From Candidatus Parcubacteria bacterium (GTDB lineage: Bacteria; Patescibacteriota; Patescibacteriia; CAIXNZ01), in assembly GCA_026395685.1 (NCBI GenBank), contig JAPLYG010000001.1:7862-71861 (forward strand): 64,000 nt of DNA, read 5' to 3'. Each line of letters starts with the position of its first letter. Position 1 is the stretch's first letter. The notes under the pieces are model-generated. The model had not been told where the DNA came from, made no database searches, and worked only from the letters and a program-made list of their open reading frames with translations. Below, one piece after another: positions 29,841 through 38,241 of this stretch. A program made the translations under genes and the position numbers.

Positions 29841-31181
29841 ATGGATCAACCAACGACGCAAATTAAGGGCAATTTGGGGGCTTTAAGCAACAAACAGGCG
29901 GATTTGAAGCCTATACTCAAGTATTGCCTTTACTCAAGAAAATCAACGGAACAAGAGGAACGGCAGGCTCTTTCCATTGATTCGCAAATTAAAGAAATGT
30001 TAAAAGTTGCAGAAAGAGATAATCTGGAAGTAACCGAGATTAGGCGTGAAAGCCATTCTGCCAAAGCTTCGGGAGCCAGGCCGATTTTCAAACAGCTGTT
30101 AGTTGATATTGAGAAAGGACTATTCAATGGAATTTTAACCTGGGCTCCCGACAGGTTAAGTAGAAACGCTGGGGATCTGGGCGAATTGGTCGATCTGATG
30201 GATCATCAAAAACTGATTGAAATCAGAACATTCAGCCAGATATTCACTAATTCACCTAATGAAAAATTTCTACTGATGATCTTGGGCAGTCAGGCCAAAC
30301 TGGAAAACGATAATAGGGGCGTTAATGTCAAAAGAGGATTAAGAGCCAGAGTTGAAATGGGTTTGTGGCCCGGCCAGGCGCCGACTGGTTATCTGACTAA
30401 TAAAAATGTTGATAAGAAAGGTCAAGTTTTAGTAGATCCAGACCGAGCTCCAGTGCTCCGCAAAATGTTTGAAAAAGTAGCTTATGAAAATGTTAGCGGT
30501 CGTAAACTATATGCCTGGCTAAAATTTGATATAGACTTCAAAACTAAATACGGCAAACATTTAACGCTAAGCAATGTATACAGAATTTTAAATAGCCCGT
30601 TTTATTACGGCAGATTCCAATATCCTAAAGAAAGCGGAAACTGGTATCAGGGCAAGCATGAACCATTAATATCGCAAGAACTCTATGAACTGGTACAGCA
30701 AGCGATTACCAGAGGCCAGCATATTAAATCAGAAGCAAAGGAATTCATGTTTGTTAAGCTGATTAAGTGCGGAGCCTGCGGATCAGGAATAACCGCAGAT
30801 GAAAAATTCAAAAAGCTATTGGACGGATCAGTAAGCAGATATGTTTATTACGGATGCACTAAGAGCAAGGATATCCATTGCAAGACAGGTTATATAAGAG
30901 AGGACGAATTATTAAAGCAGATGCTGGAATTGATTGATCGGGTCGATCTTAATCAGCTGGGCATAAAAGAAAAAATAGAAAATGAAATAGACAGGTACTA
31001 TAAATTCAAAACCAGCGTGCTTGGCGAGTCAGACACAAAGAAAAATAAGCAAAAAGATCTGGATATTAAAAATTATGCCAAGTACATCTTAAAGGAAGGC
31101 AGTGTTTATGAAAAAAGAGATTTGTTATCTAACTTAAGAAGCAAGCTTGTACTTAAGGATAAAAAGTTGATGCTGGAATAG
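29841..31181 (+). CDS. Large serine recombinase/integrase
   Basis: YSRKS catalytic Ser, DRLSR, recombinase domain (HEPLIS) and Zn ribbon CGACG...YYGC. Confidence 0.92.
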   Translation: MDQPTTQIKGNLGALSNKQADLKPILKYCLYSRKSTEQEERQALSIDSQIKEMLKVAERDNLEVTEIRRESHSAKASGARPIFKQLLVDIEKGLFNGILTWAPDRLSRNAGDLGELVDLMDHQKLIEIRTFSQIFTNSPNEKFLLMILGSQAKLENDNRGVNVKRGLRARVEMGLWPGQAPTGYLTNKNVDKKGQVLVDPDRAPVLRKMFEKVAYENVSGRKLYAWLKFDIDFKTKYGKHLTLSNVYRILNSPFYYGRFQYPKESGNWYQGKHEPLISQELYELVQQAITRGQHIKSEAKEFMFVKLIKCGACGSGITADEKFKKLLDGSVSRYVYYGCTKSKDIHCKTGYIREDELLKQMLELIDRVDLNQLGIKEKIENEIDRYYKFKTSVLGESDTKKNKQKDLDIKNYAKYILKEGSVYEKRDLLSNLRSKLVLKDKKLMLE

Positions 31182-31190
31182 GTAAAATAG

Positions 31191-31220
31191 AAAAACGCCC
31201 TGCTATTGCGGGCGTTCTTC
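31191..31220. terminator. Terminator between the recombinase and tRNA-Glu
   Basis: aaaaacgccc...gggcgttcttc hairpin. Confidence 0.6.
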
Positions 31221-31277
31221 TGTTTCTCTGAATTTGTACGTCCTTGAGGCACTCGGGTCTCTCGAACGCTTTCTTCT

Positions 31278-31352
31278 TGGTACCGCCTAGGGGAATCGAA
31301 CCCCTGTTACCAGGATGAAAACCTGGTGTCCTAACCACTAGACGAAGGCGGC
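31278..31352 (-). tRNA. tRNA-Glu(TTC)
   Basis: GCCGCCTTCGTCTAGTGGTTAGGACACCAGGTTTTCATCCTGGTAACAGGGGTTCGATTCCCCTAGGCGGTACCA: cloverleaf with encoded CCA. Confidence 0.96.
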
Positions 31353-31356
31353 GTAA

Positions 31357-31611
31357 TTATTTAAGATTAAAACCTAATTTGTTAAGTAACTCTTTACGAA
31401 TTTGATAATTTTTCTTTAATATAAGTTCTATCTTTCTCGCTTCAGTTTTAGTATTATATTCTTCTATATATATTAATTCAAAGGGTATTCTACATTTAGT
31501 TGATTTTGTTTTGCCATTATTATGTTCTTTTAGCCTATTTGTTGGGTTATCACTTATTCCAATATAATAACCTTTATCATTTAAGCTTTGTAAAATATAT
31601 AAATAGTACAT
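31357..31611 (-). CDS. Stand-alone GIY-YIG nuclease (84 aa)
   Basis: YYLYIL...YYIG...RLKEHN...EARKIE; ATG at 31611. Confidence 0.88.
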   Translation of the reverse strand: MYYLYILQSLNDKGYYIGISDNPTNRLKEHNNGKTKSTKCRIPFELIYIEEYNTKTEARKIELILKKNYQIRKELLNKLGFNLK

Positions 31612-31622
31612 ATTAATCAAGG

Positions 31623-31694
31623 CAGGATGTCCGCCGGAGGCGGATCCGCCTTTGGCGGAAAAACCTGGTGTCCTAACCACTAGACGAAGGCGGC
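31623..31694 (-). repeat. Duplicated 5' half of tRNA-Glu (42 nt) with a 30-bp double-palindrome insert in the anticodon loop
   Basis: Identical to 31311-31352 apart from the insert at 31630-31659. Confidence 0.9.
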
Positions 31695-31780
31695 AAGTTT
31701 AGTTCAAAGTTTATAGTGCAAAGTTTAAAGTTGCGTAATAATCATTTTAAACTAAAAATCCCCTAAGGGATTATGGTTAT

Positions 31781-31809
31781 ATTATAGGGTAAAAATCAAT
31801 TATCGTCAA
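31781..31809 (-). promoter_or_regulatory. Promoter of the tRNA-Glu locus
   Basis: TTGACG-17 nt-TATAAT on the minus strand. Confidence 0.7.
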
Positions 31810-31882
31810 GGCTTGACCTTTGTCAGGATATTTGATTAAGTAACTGTAGGACTAACTGTAATAATAACCAAGGAGGATTAAG

Positions 31883-32329
31883 ATGAAATACAAGTCTAAA
31901 AGATCAGCTCATCTGGTAATTGGAGAAATGATTGCGGAAACAGTGACCAAGATTTGTTCTTTAGCTGACTTGACCAGTTTAGAAGCTGCTACTCTTTTAG
32001 GGATGCTGGCAGCGGAGCTGGAGATGATGAAGCGAGTAAATATCTCGCTGGATGATTATAAGGCACTTTGCGCCACTTTGTGGAAAATTAAACAAAGCTG
32101 TTCCGATGATCTGGCTGAAAAGCTTTTGCCGGCGGCAATATTTGTTATTGAAGAAGAACCTGAAAAAAATGATGTGACTTATATTCCTTGCCCTGCTAAA
32201 GATTGCAATGGGCTGATGGAATCTAAGGGAAAATCTTCGGCTAAGGGTGACGATGGAAAGAGTTCGTATCTTACTTATATTTGTCCGAGATGTGGTCGCG
32301 AACAAAAAGTTCAACAGCCTCGATGGTGA
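31883..32329 (+). CDS. Hypothetical protein with C-terminal Zn-ribbon
   Basis: AGGAGG RBS; CPAKDC...CPRC; terminator at about 32344-32372. Confidence 0.6.
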   Translation: MKYKSKRSAHLVIGEMIAETVTKICSLADLTSLEAATLLGMLAAELEMMKRVNISLDDYKALCATLWKIKQSCSDDLAEKLLPAAIFVIEEEPEKNDVTYIPCPAKDCNGLMESKGKSSAKGDDGKSSYLTYICPRCGREQKVQQPRW

Positions 32330-32459
32330 ATTTTAACATGATAAACCGCGCTCAAGGGAGCCGGTTTTTTTTATGTTCTAACCTTGAATTCTATTGATTT
32401 TTAAGGTATCATTTAAATAAAGATTTTAAAATTTTGTTATAAAACTAAGTCTTTTAATT

Positions 32460-33500
32460 ATGATAATACTAGCCATTGAGACATCATGTGATGAAACAGC
32501 CGTCGCCTTGTTAGAAATTAATAGGGGTTATTTTAAAGTTTTGGCCAATTTGGTGGCATCTCAAATTAATATTCATAAAAAATACGGGGGAGTGGTGCCG
32601 GAAGTGGCTGCGCGTAAACACTTGGAAAATATGCTGCCGATTTTGGATAAGGCTTTAAAGCAGGCCAAAGTAACTCCGAAACAAATTGATGCCATCGCTG
32701 TGGTTTATGGGCCGGGGTTAATCACTTCTTTAATTGTAGGTGTGGAAGCTGCAAAGACTTTGGCCATGGTTTGGGATAAGCCTTTGATTCCGGTTAATCA
32801 TGTGAAAGCGCATATTCTGGCTAATTATCTCAAGGGCGAGCAGGGAAAACTTGAAGATATTAAATATCCTGCTTTATGTCTGGTTGTTTCAGGCGGGCAT
32901 ACTTCTTTGGTTTTACTTAATGATCCCAATGATTTAAAAACAATCGGCTCTACCCGTGATGACGCGGTTGGTGAAGCCTTTGATAAAGCCGCCAAAATTA
33001 TGGGCTTAGGTTATCCTGGCGGGCCGATAATCTCCAAACATGCGGAAAATGCAGATAAGGAAGATTATAAATTGCCCAGACCCATGATTCATTCTAAGGA
33101 TTTTGATTTTAGCTTTTCCGGCCTAAAAACCGCTGTTAAATATGAATGGGAAAAAGAACGATTTAAGGATGAAAAAAACATACGCAAAATGTGCGCCGCT
33201 TTTCAGCAGGCTTGTATCGATGTGTTAATTGCCAAAACTTTATCCGCGGCTAAACATTATAATGTCAAAGCAATTTTACTGGGCGGGGGAGTCTCGGCTA
33301 ATCGAGAATTGCGCCTGCAATTGGCCGCCAAAGTTAAGGATGAATTACCTAAAGTCATTTTTTCCCAGCCTGATTTGCATTTGACTACAGACAATGCTTT
33401 AATGGTAGCAGTAGCGGCTTTTTTTGAAACTCAGGGTGGTTTGGCTAAATTCAGGGATAATTGGAAAAATGTGAAGGTGGATCCGAATCTGGAGGTCTAA
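32460..33500 (+). CDS. tsaD: tRNA N6-adenosine threonylcarbamoyltransferase
   Basis: AIETSCDET, GGVVPEVAARKH, VSGGHT, DDAVGEAFDK and TDNA. Confidence 0.97.
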   Translation: MIILAIETSCDETAVALLEINRGYFKVLANLVASQINIHKKYGGVVPEVAARKHLENMLPILDKALKQAKVTPKQIDAIAVVYGPGLITSLIVGVEAAKTLAMVWDKPLIPVNHVKAHILANYLKGEQGKLEDIKYPALCLVVSGGHTSLVLLNDPNDLKTIGSTRDDAVGEAFDKAAKIMGLGYPGGPIISKHAENADKEDYKLPRPMIHSKDFDFSFSGLKTAVKYEWEKERFKDEKNIRKMCAAFQQACIDVLIAKTLSAAKHYNVKAILLGGGVSANRELRLQLAAKVKDELPKVIFSQPDLHLTTDNALMVAVAAFFETQGGLAKFRDNWKNVKVDPNLEV

Positions 33501-33624
33501 TTACCAATAACCAATATTCAATAATCAAACAAATTATATTACACTAAATACTAAATTCAAATTTTGGATTTTGAAATTTGAATTTAGACATTGTTTGATG
33601 ATTGGTTATTGATAGTTGATTATT
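33501..33624. repeat. Degenerate 7-nt-periodic inverted repeat
   Basis: ccaataa/ccaatat/tcaataa...ttggtta/ttgatag/ttgatta arms. Confidence 0.65.
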
Positions 33625-33632
33625 ATAAAATA

Positions 33633-34070
33633 ATGAAAAAACTAATATTAAAATCTGAGAAAGATACCAAGAAATTTGCCATTGAGCTGAGCAAGAAACT
33701 TAAGGGCGGAGAGATTATTGCTTTAGAAGGCGACTTGGGCGTCGGCAAAACTACGTTGACCCAATATTTGGCTAAAAATTTTGGAATTAAGGAAAAGGTA
33801 ACCAGCCCGACTTTTGTTTTAATGAAGATATATGAAATTAAAAATTTAAAATTTAAAATTAAAAATTTAATTCATGTCGATTGTTATAGATTGGACGATC
33901 CTCAGGAGCTTTTTTATCTGGGGATTGAGGAATATTTGAATAATAAAGAATCAATAGTTATAATTGAGTGGGCAGACAAGATTAAAAAGTATATTAAGGC
34001 TTTTAAAAATGTGATTTGGCTGAAAATTGAAATTAAAAATAATTTACGATATTTAAAGGTATTAAAATAA
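33633..34070 (+). CDS. tsaE: tRNA threonylcarbamoyladenosine biosynthesis ATPase
   Basis: LEGDLGVGKT, VTSPTF, HVDCYRL and IEWAD; ATG at 33633. Confidence 0.95.
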   Translation: MKKLILKSEKDTKKFAIELSKKLKGGEIIALEGDLGVGKTTLTQYLAKNFGIKEKVTSPTFVLMKIYEIKNLKFKIKNLIHVDCYRLDDPQELFYLGIEEYLNNKESIVIIEWADKIKKYIKAFKNVIWLKIEIKNNLRYLKVLK

Positions 34071-34074
34071 TAAT

Positions 34075-34614
34075 ATGGATAATGAGCAGATTAAAAAGTT
34101 ATCAGACGAAAAATTGATAGTGTTAGATTCTTTATTTAAAGGGAAAACAGATGCCCAGTTAACAGCTGAAGAAAAAAAACGAAAAGCGATTTATGCGGAT
34201 TATTTGTATCGGCTTCAAGATTTGGAAAATAACGCAAAATTAGAAATCGCCAATAATAAAGTTCGAAAAAAGAGGAGTCTGGAGGGTGATAGGGAAGAAG
34301 CACGGGAAATGATTGAAAAAATGATCAGTGAAAGAATATATCCAATCGTCACTGTCCCGGCTGAATTTTGGCCAAATATCCAAAGCGAAGGCGGACTTTC
34401 AGCCCATAAAACAAAATATTTGCCGGATTTTAAAAAAATAGTAGGCACTTTAGGTGTAGGCGCATATAATCCTCAAGGGCGCGTGCTTTTACAGATTGAA
34501 TGTGATCCAAACGATTTAGAGCCGAGAATGACCGGATCAAATTTGACCTACCATGGCATTGTTGGTTATACGAAAAATTTTGTGCCTCTTGAAAAAATTA
34601 AATTACTGCAATAA
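34075..34614 (+). CDS. Hypothetical protein
   Basis: 179-aa ORF following tsaE; terminator at about 34614-34649. Confidence 0.55.
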   Translation: MDNEQIKKLSDEKLIVLDSLFKGKTDAQLTAEEKKRKAIYADYLYRLQDLENNAKLEIANNKVRKKRSLEGDREEAREMIEKMISERIYPIVTVPAEFWPNIQSEGGLSAHKTKYLPDFKKIVGTLGVGAYNPQGRVLLQIECDPNDLEPRMTGSNLTYHGIVGYTKNFVPLEKIKLLQ

Positions 34615-34649
34615 AAAAAGCGGTTAAAGTCTTGGACTTAGCCGCTTTA

Positions 34650-34850
34650 TCATTTAGATACGTTCAGCATGATTTCTTCGATGAAAAATCCGCTAGGCAA
34701 ACAAACTGTTTTTTTGTTGTTAAGATGAAAGATAACTAGTTTTTTATCGCTGGAAACGCTTGCGTCAATAATCACGAGTCCCTTCCCATCACTATAGGGC
34801 AATCTTTTCTTGTATTCAGCCAAGGCTAATGCAAGTCTGTCTTCTGCCAT
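34650..34850 (-). CDS. Small hypothetical protein
   Basis: GGAGGTG RBS upstream; shares a terminator with the previous gene. Confidence 0.5.
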   Translation of the reverse strand: MAEDRLALALAEYKKRLPYSDGKGLVIIDASVSSDKKLVIFHLNNKKTVCLPSGFFIEEIMLNVSK

Positions 34851-34991
34851 TTTATCACCTCCATTAATCTATACTTAAAGACATTATTTCTTAGCGGATT
34901 ACTAACCTTAGCAGTTGTTTAGGTTATTGTCAAGCGGCAACCTTAAATAAAAGATCCTCCCTAAGGCGAGAGGATCTTTTTTATTCAATGA

Positions 34992-36740
34992 TTATTCAAC
35001 TACTCTAAAGACTTCGTCAACTGTTGTAATGCCATCAAGAGCTTTTAAAATGCCGTCTTGAGCCATGCTGATCATGCCGCTATCATGGGCAACTTTGGAA
35101 ATAATATATTCTGATGTTTTGCCTGATAAAATTTCAGCTTCAATTTGGGGGTTAAGAGTAAAGATTTCATAAATACCGAGCCTACCCTTTAAACCAATAT
35201 GGTTACATTCATCACAGCCTTGTCCGCGATAAAATTTTAATTTATTAAGATCAATTTTATAGCCTGAATTGGGTGGTAAATTTTTGAGGGTTTCTTTAAC
35301 TTTTTCTAGTTGCGCTGGTTCCAGCTGGGCTTCAATTTTGCATTTATCGTGAATTTTTCTGACTAAACGCTGTCCAATCACGGCATTTAAGGCCGGGGCC
35401 AATAAATAAGGCTTGGCGCCCATGGATAAGAAGCGGGGAATGGCGCCAGAGGCATCATTGGTGTGCAGGGTGGAAAGTACCTGATGGCCTGTCAAAGCAG
35501 CCTGAATAGCTACATCTACGGTTTCCAGGTCGCGCAATTCGCCGACCATAATGATATCCGGATCCTGCCTTAAAAGCGAACGTAATCCGTCAGCAAAAGA
35601 ATAGCCGGCAGTATGGTCAATTTGACTTTGAGAAATACCTTCAATCTTGTATTCAATAGGATCTTCTAAGGTAATGATTTTTATTTCTGGATTATTTAAT
35701 TTACTTAAAATTGCATATAAGGTCGTTGTTTTACCAGAACCGGTAGGCCCGGTGGTAATAATCATGCCGGTTGGCCTGTCAATTTGTCTTTTTAAATCAT
35801 CAAAAGCTTTGCCTCTAATTCCTAATTCCTCAAAATTTAAGCCCGTGATATTGGGATGAAGTAATCTCAAAACAATACTTTCCCCATAGGCTGTGGGTAG
35901 GGTAGAAACACGGATTTCCATTTTATTTTCTCCCTTTAAGAATATAGTGATTCTGCCGTCCTGCGGTTTTTCAGTAATATTTATTTTCAAGCCGGCAATA
36001 TTTTTGATTCTGGAGTCAAGCCTCTCCCAGACGTTTTTCTGCAGAGTAGCGACAACATGCAAAACACCGTCAATTCTGTATCTGATATTTATTTTATTTT
36101 CTTCCGGCTCAATATGAATATCCGAAGAATTTGACTGCATTGCTCCCGCCAGGAGCATTTGAAAAATTACAGTCATATTTTTTTCTTCATTCAGTTTAGC
36201 ATTCAAAATTCCAAAATTTTTCAGTTCTTTCTGCAGCTGTTCCAGCTCAGCAGCGGTAATTTTAACGCCGGCAATAAATTCACGCGGGGGAGGAAATTTA
36301 TCATAAAGCTGATCTGCCGTTTTTAGGTTATGTTCGGAAATTAAATATATCTCTCCGGTTCCGCTGGCAGTATCTTTCGCAGCCATAGTTAAGATTTCTT
36401 TCAGCTTTGGATTATTCGGCATCGTCGAAGCGATTTTGGCGCCTTTTTCTGATTTATAAAAACAAATTACCTTATTCTTTCGGGAGATTTCTCGGGGAAT
36501 AGCATTGATGGCATCGCTATTAATCGGCAGGCCAATCAGATTAATATAAGGATAGCCCAGCTGTTGAGCCTGGGCCTGAGCTACTCCTTCCAGTTCTCCA
36601 AGCTTGATTGCGGTCATTTTTTCCGTAAATTTTTCCTGAACATTCGTTTCAGCTAAAACCGGTTTGAGTGATTTGTTTTTGCTTTCTGAAATTAAATCAG
36701 AGATGCCTTTTATTTTTTTATTATCGTCTAAGTCAGCCAT
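34992..36740 (-). CDS. pilB: Type IV pilus assembly ATPase (PilB/GspE family)
   Basis: SDIHIEP, GPTGSGKTTT, EDPIEY, LRQDPD, GELRD, STLHTN and Zn-binding Cys residues. Confidence 0.88.
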   Translation of the reverse strand: MADLDDNKKIKGISDLISESKNKSLKPVLAETNVQEKFTEKMTAIKLGELEGVAQAQAQQLGYPYINLIGLPINSDAINAIPREISRKNKVICFYKSEKGAKIASTMPNNPKLKEILTMAAKDTASGTGEIYLISEHNLKTADQLYDKFPPPREFIAGVKITAAELEQLQKELKNFGILNAKLNEEKNMTVIFQMLLAGAMQSNSSDIHIEPEENKINIRYRIDGVLHVVATLQKNVWERLDSRIKNIAGLKINITEKPQDGRITIFLKGENKMEIRVSTLPTAYGESIVLRLLHPNITGLNFEELGIRGKAFDDLKRQIDRPTGMIITTGPTGSGKTTTLYAILSKLNNPEIKIITLEDPIEYKIEGISQSQIDHTAGYSFADGLRSLLRQDPDIIMVGELRDLETVDVAIQAALTGHQVLSTLHTNDASGAIPRFLSMGAKPYLLAPALNAVIGQRLVRKIHDKCKIEAQLEPAQLEKVKETLKNLPPNSGYKIDLNKLKFYRGQGCDECNHIGLKGRLGIYEIFTLNPQIEAEILSGKTSEYIISKVAHDSGMISMAQDGILKALDGITTVDEVFRVVE

Positions 36741-36755
36741 AAAGTAAGTAAAAAA

Positions 36756-38057
36756 TTATTTTGATTTTTTAGATTTTCGTTTAGTTTTAACCGGGGGTTT
36801 AGTCTGGGTTTGCCATTCCTTCTGAGCTTCAATTAGTATTTTTTTTGCTCTTCTTTTTATTATAGGCTCAAATTTGGTATAGGCATAAACCGCTTCCTTG
36901 GCAACTTTCTGACTGCGTTTTTTTAGAACCGGCTTATACTCCCTGTATTTATCGTAAATATTTTGGGAGATTACCACTGCTTGTTTTTCCGCCTCTTTGG
37001 CTATCTGGGCGGCATTTTTTTCTATCATTTTCGCATCAATCTTAAGTTTATTTTTTTTGGCAAAATCTCTCATGAATCCGGGTAATTCCTTGATCAGATT
37101 TAGAATCTTTCCAAATAAAGTCTCTTCACTAAGCTTAATAAAGGTAATAGTCCAGGATGACAGATAGAATACCGTAAAAAATGAATTGATAAATAGCGAC
37201 AAAGCAGTAAAGGCTAAGACTAGAATTGTCAGACATAAAACAATGGCTAACAAATCGCCTTTAATTACTGATAAAACACCCATAATGCTCATGGGGAATA
37301 AGAATAACAGGAAAAGACTGAAAATAACAATCAAACTAAGCAGTTTAATAAAAAATAATATTGTGGCAATTTCAAGGCTGATCAGGATGTTTTTAGTAAA
37401 CAGTTTCCAGGCATGGGAAATCGCATCAATTACCTCCATGTCTTTCAAGACAATATAATTGATGGCGTAGGCTGTGATAAAACTGATAATTATTGCCAGG
37501 ATTATATAGAAAATAAAGAATAGAATATTGACATATACCAGAAGTATGAATTTTTGTATCAGGATGAGATAAAGCAAGGGCAGGCTTAAGGCAATAAATA
37601 ATGCATAGATTACGAGCTTATTGAGAATATTCAGACTTAAAACCGCCCAAAATTTTTCACTGCTTTGGCCCAGTATTTTACTGATTGTTATTTTCTTGCC
37701 ATGATAAATTAAACTCGTTCCCTTGATAACAAAGATTTGGGAAGTAAAGGCAAACCAGATAGCCGCTAAAATAGTTGCACCTGCCAGACAAAACGCAATA
37801 AAACCCAGAAAGTTTGGCTTTTGGATGCTCAATCCCATGAAAATTTTTTGAAAATATAGACCCTGATTTTGATAAAAAATAATCAGGCTTTGATAAAAGC
37901 CGACCGGATCCTGCGCCTGGGTAATCTGCCCCAGGAAAATTTCATAAATATTTTCCAAAGAAACAAAAGAAGCAAAAATACCAAAAACCCAAAGAATCTT
38001 ATTATGGGCGGTAATTTGCCAAGCTTGCTTAAGAATTTGTTTATAAGAAATGAACAT
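36756..38057 (-). CDS. Hypothetical multi-pass membrane protein with basic C-terminal coil
   Basis: About 6 TM segments; ATG at 38057 preferred. Confidence 0.6.
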   Translation of the reverse strand: MFISYKQILKQAWQITAHNKILWVFGIFASFVSLENIYEIFLGQITQAQDPVGFYQSLIIFYQNQGLYFQKIFMGLSIQKPNFLGFIAFCLAGATILAAIWFAFTSQIFVIKGTSLIYHGKKITISKILGQSSEKFWAVLSLNILNKLVIYALFIALSLPLLYLILIQKFILLVYVNILFFIFYIILAIIISFITAYAINYIVLKDMEVIDAISHAWKLFTKNILISLEIATILFFIKLLSLIVIFSLFLLFLFPMSIMGVLSVIKGDLLAIVLCLTILVLAFTALSLFINSFFTVFYLSSWTITFIKLSEETLFGKILNLIKELPGFMRDFAKKNKLKIDAKMIEKNAAQIAKEAEKQAVVISQNIYDKYREYKPVLKKRSQKVAKEAVYAYTKFEPIIKRRAKKILIEAQKEWQTQTKPPVKTKRKSKKSK

Positions 38058-38241
38058 ATTTTTCCCCCGTCTCTTTGCGTTTTTATAAAGCAAAAAAGAC
38101 TTAACTTTCTTAATTAATTTATTATAATAAAAAATATTTAGCTGTATAAATTATACTACAAATTAGCATAAAAATAAACTAGCCCCTGCTGAGAGGCTAG
38201 TTTTAAACTATAAAGATCCAGAGGGCTATGCTTATTGCTAT

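Larger units (their letters stand above)
12519..31220. mobile_element. Putative integrated defence/terminase island downstream of tRNA-Glu (left boundary approximate)
   Basis: Recombinase adjacent to the tRNA 3' end; dense defence and phage-type genes. No att duplication identified. Confidence 0.65.

Noticed and set aside
25783-31181. Complete prophage
   Set aside because: No portal, capsid, tail, lysis or replication genes in the window.
31153-31338. 61-aa ORF, and the N-terminal extension (31612-31680) of the GIY-YIG ORF
   Set aside because: These are translations of tRNA-Glu and its duplicate. The GIY-YIG domain begins at the ATG at 31611.
31623-31694. 30-bp insert as a tRNA intron or split-tRNA half
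   Set aside because: The copy lacks a 3' half, an intact gene is adjacent, and similar inserts occur in the D-stem, the T-loop and non-tRNA DNA.
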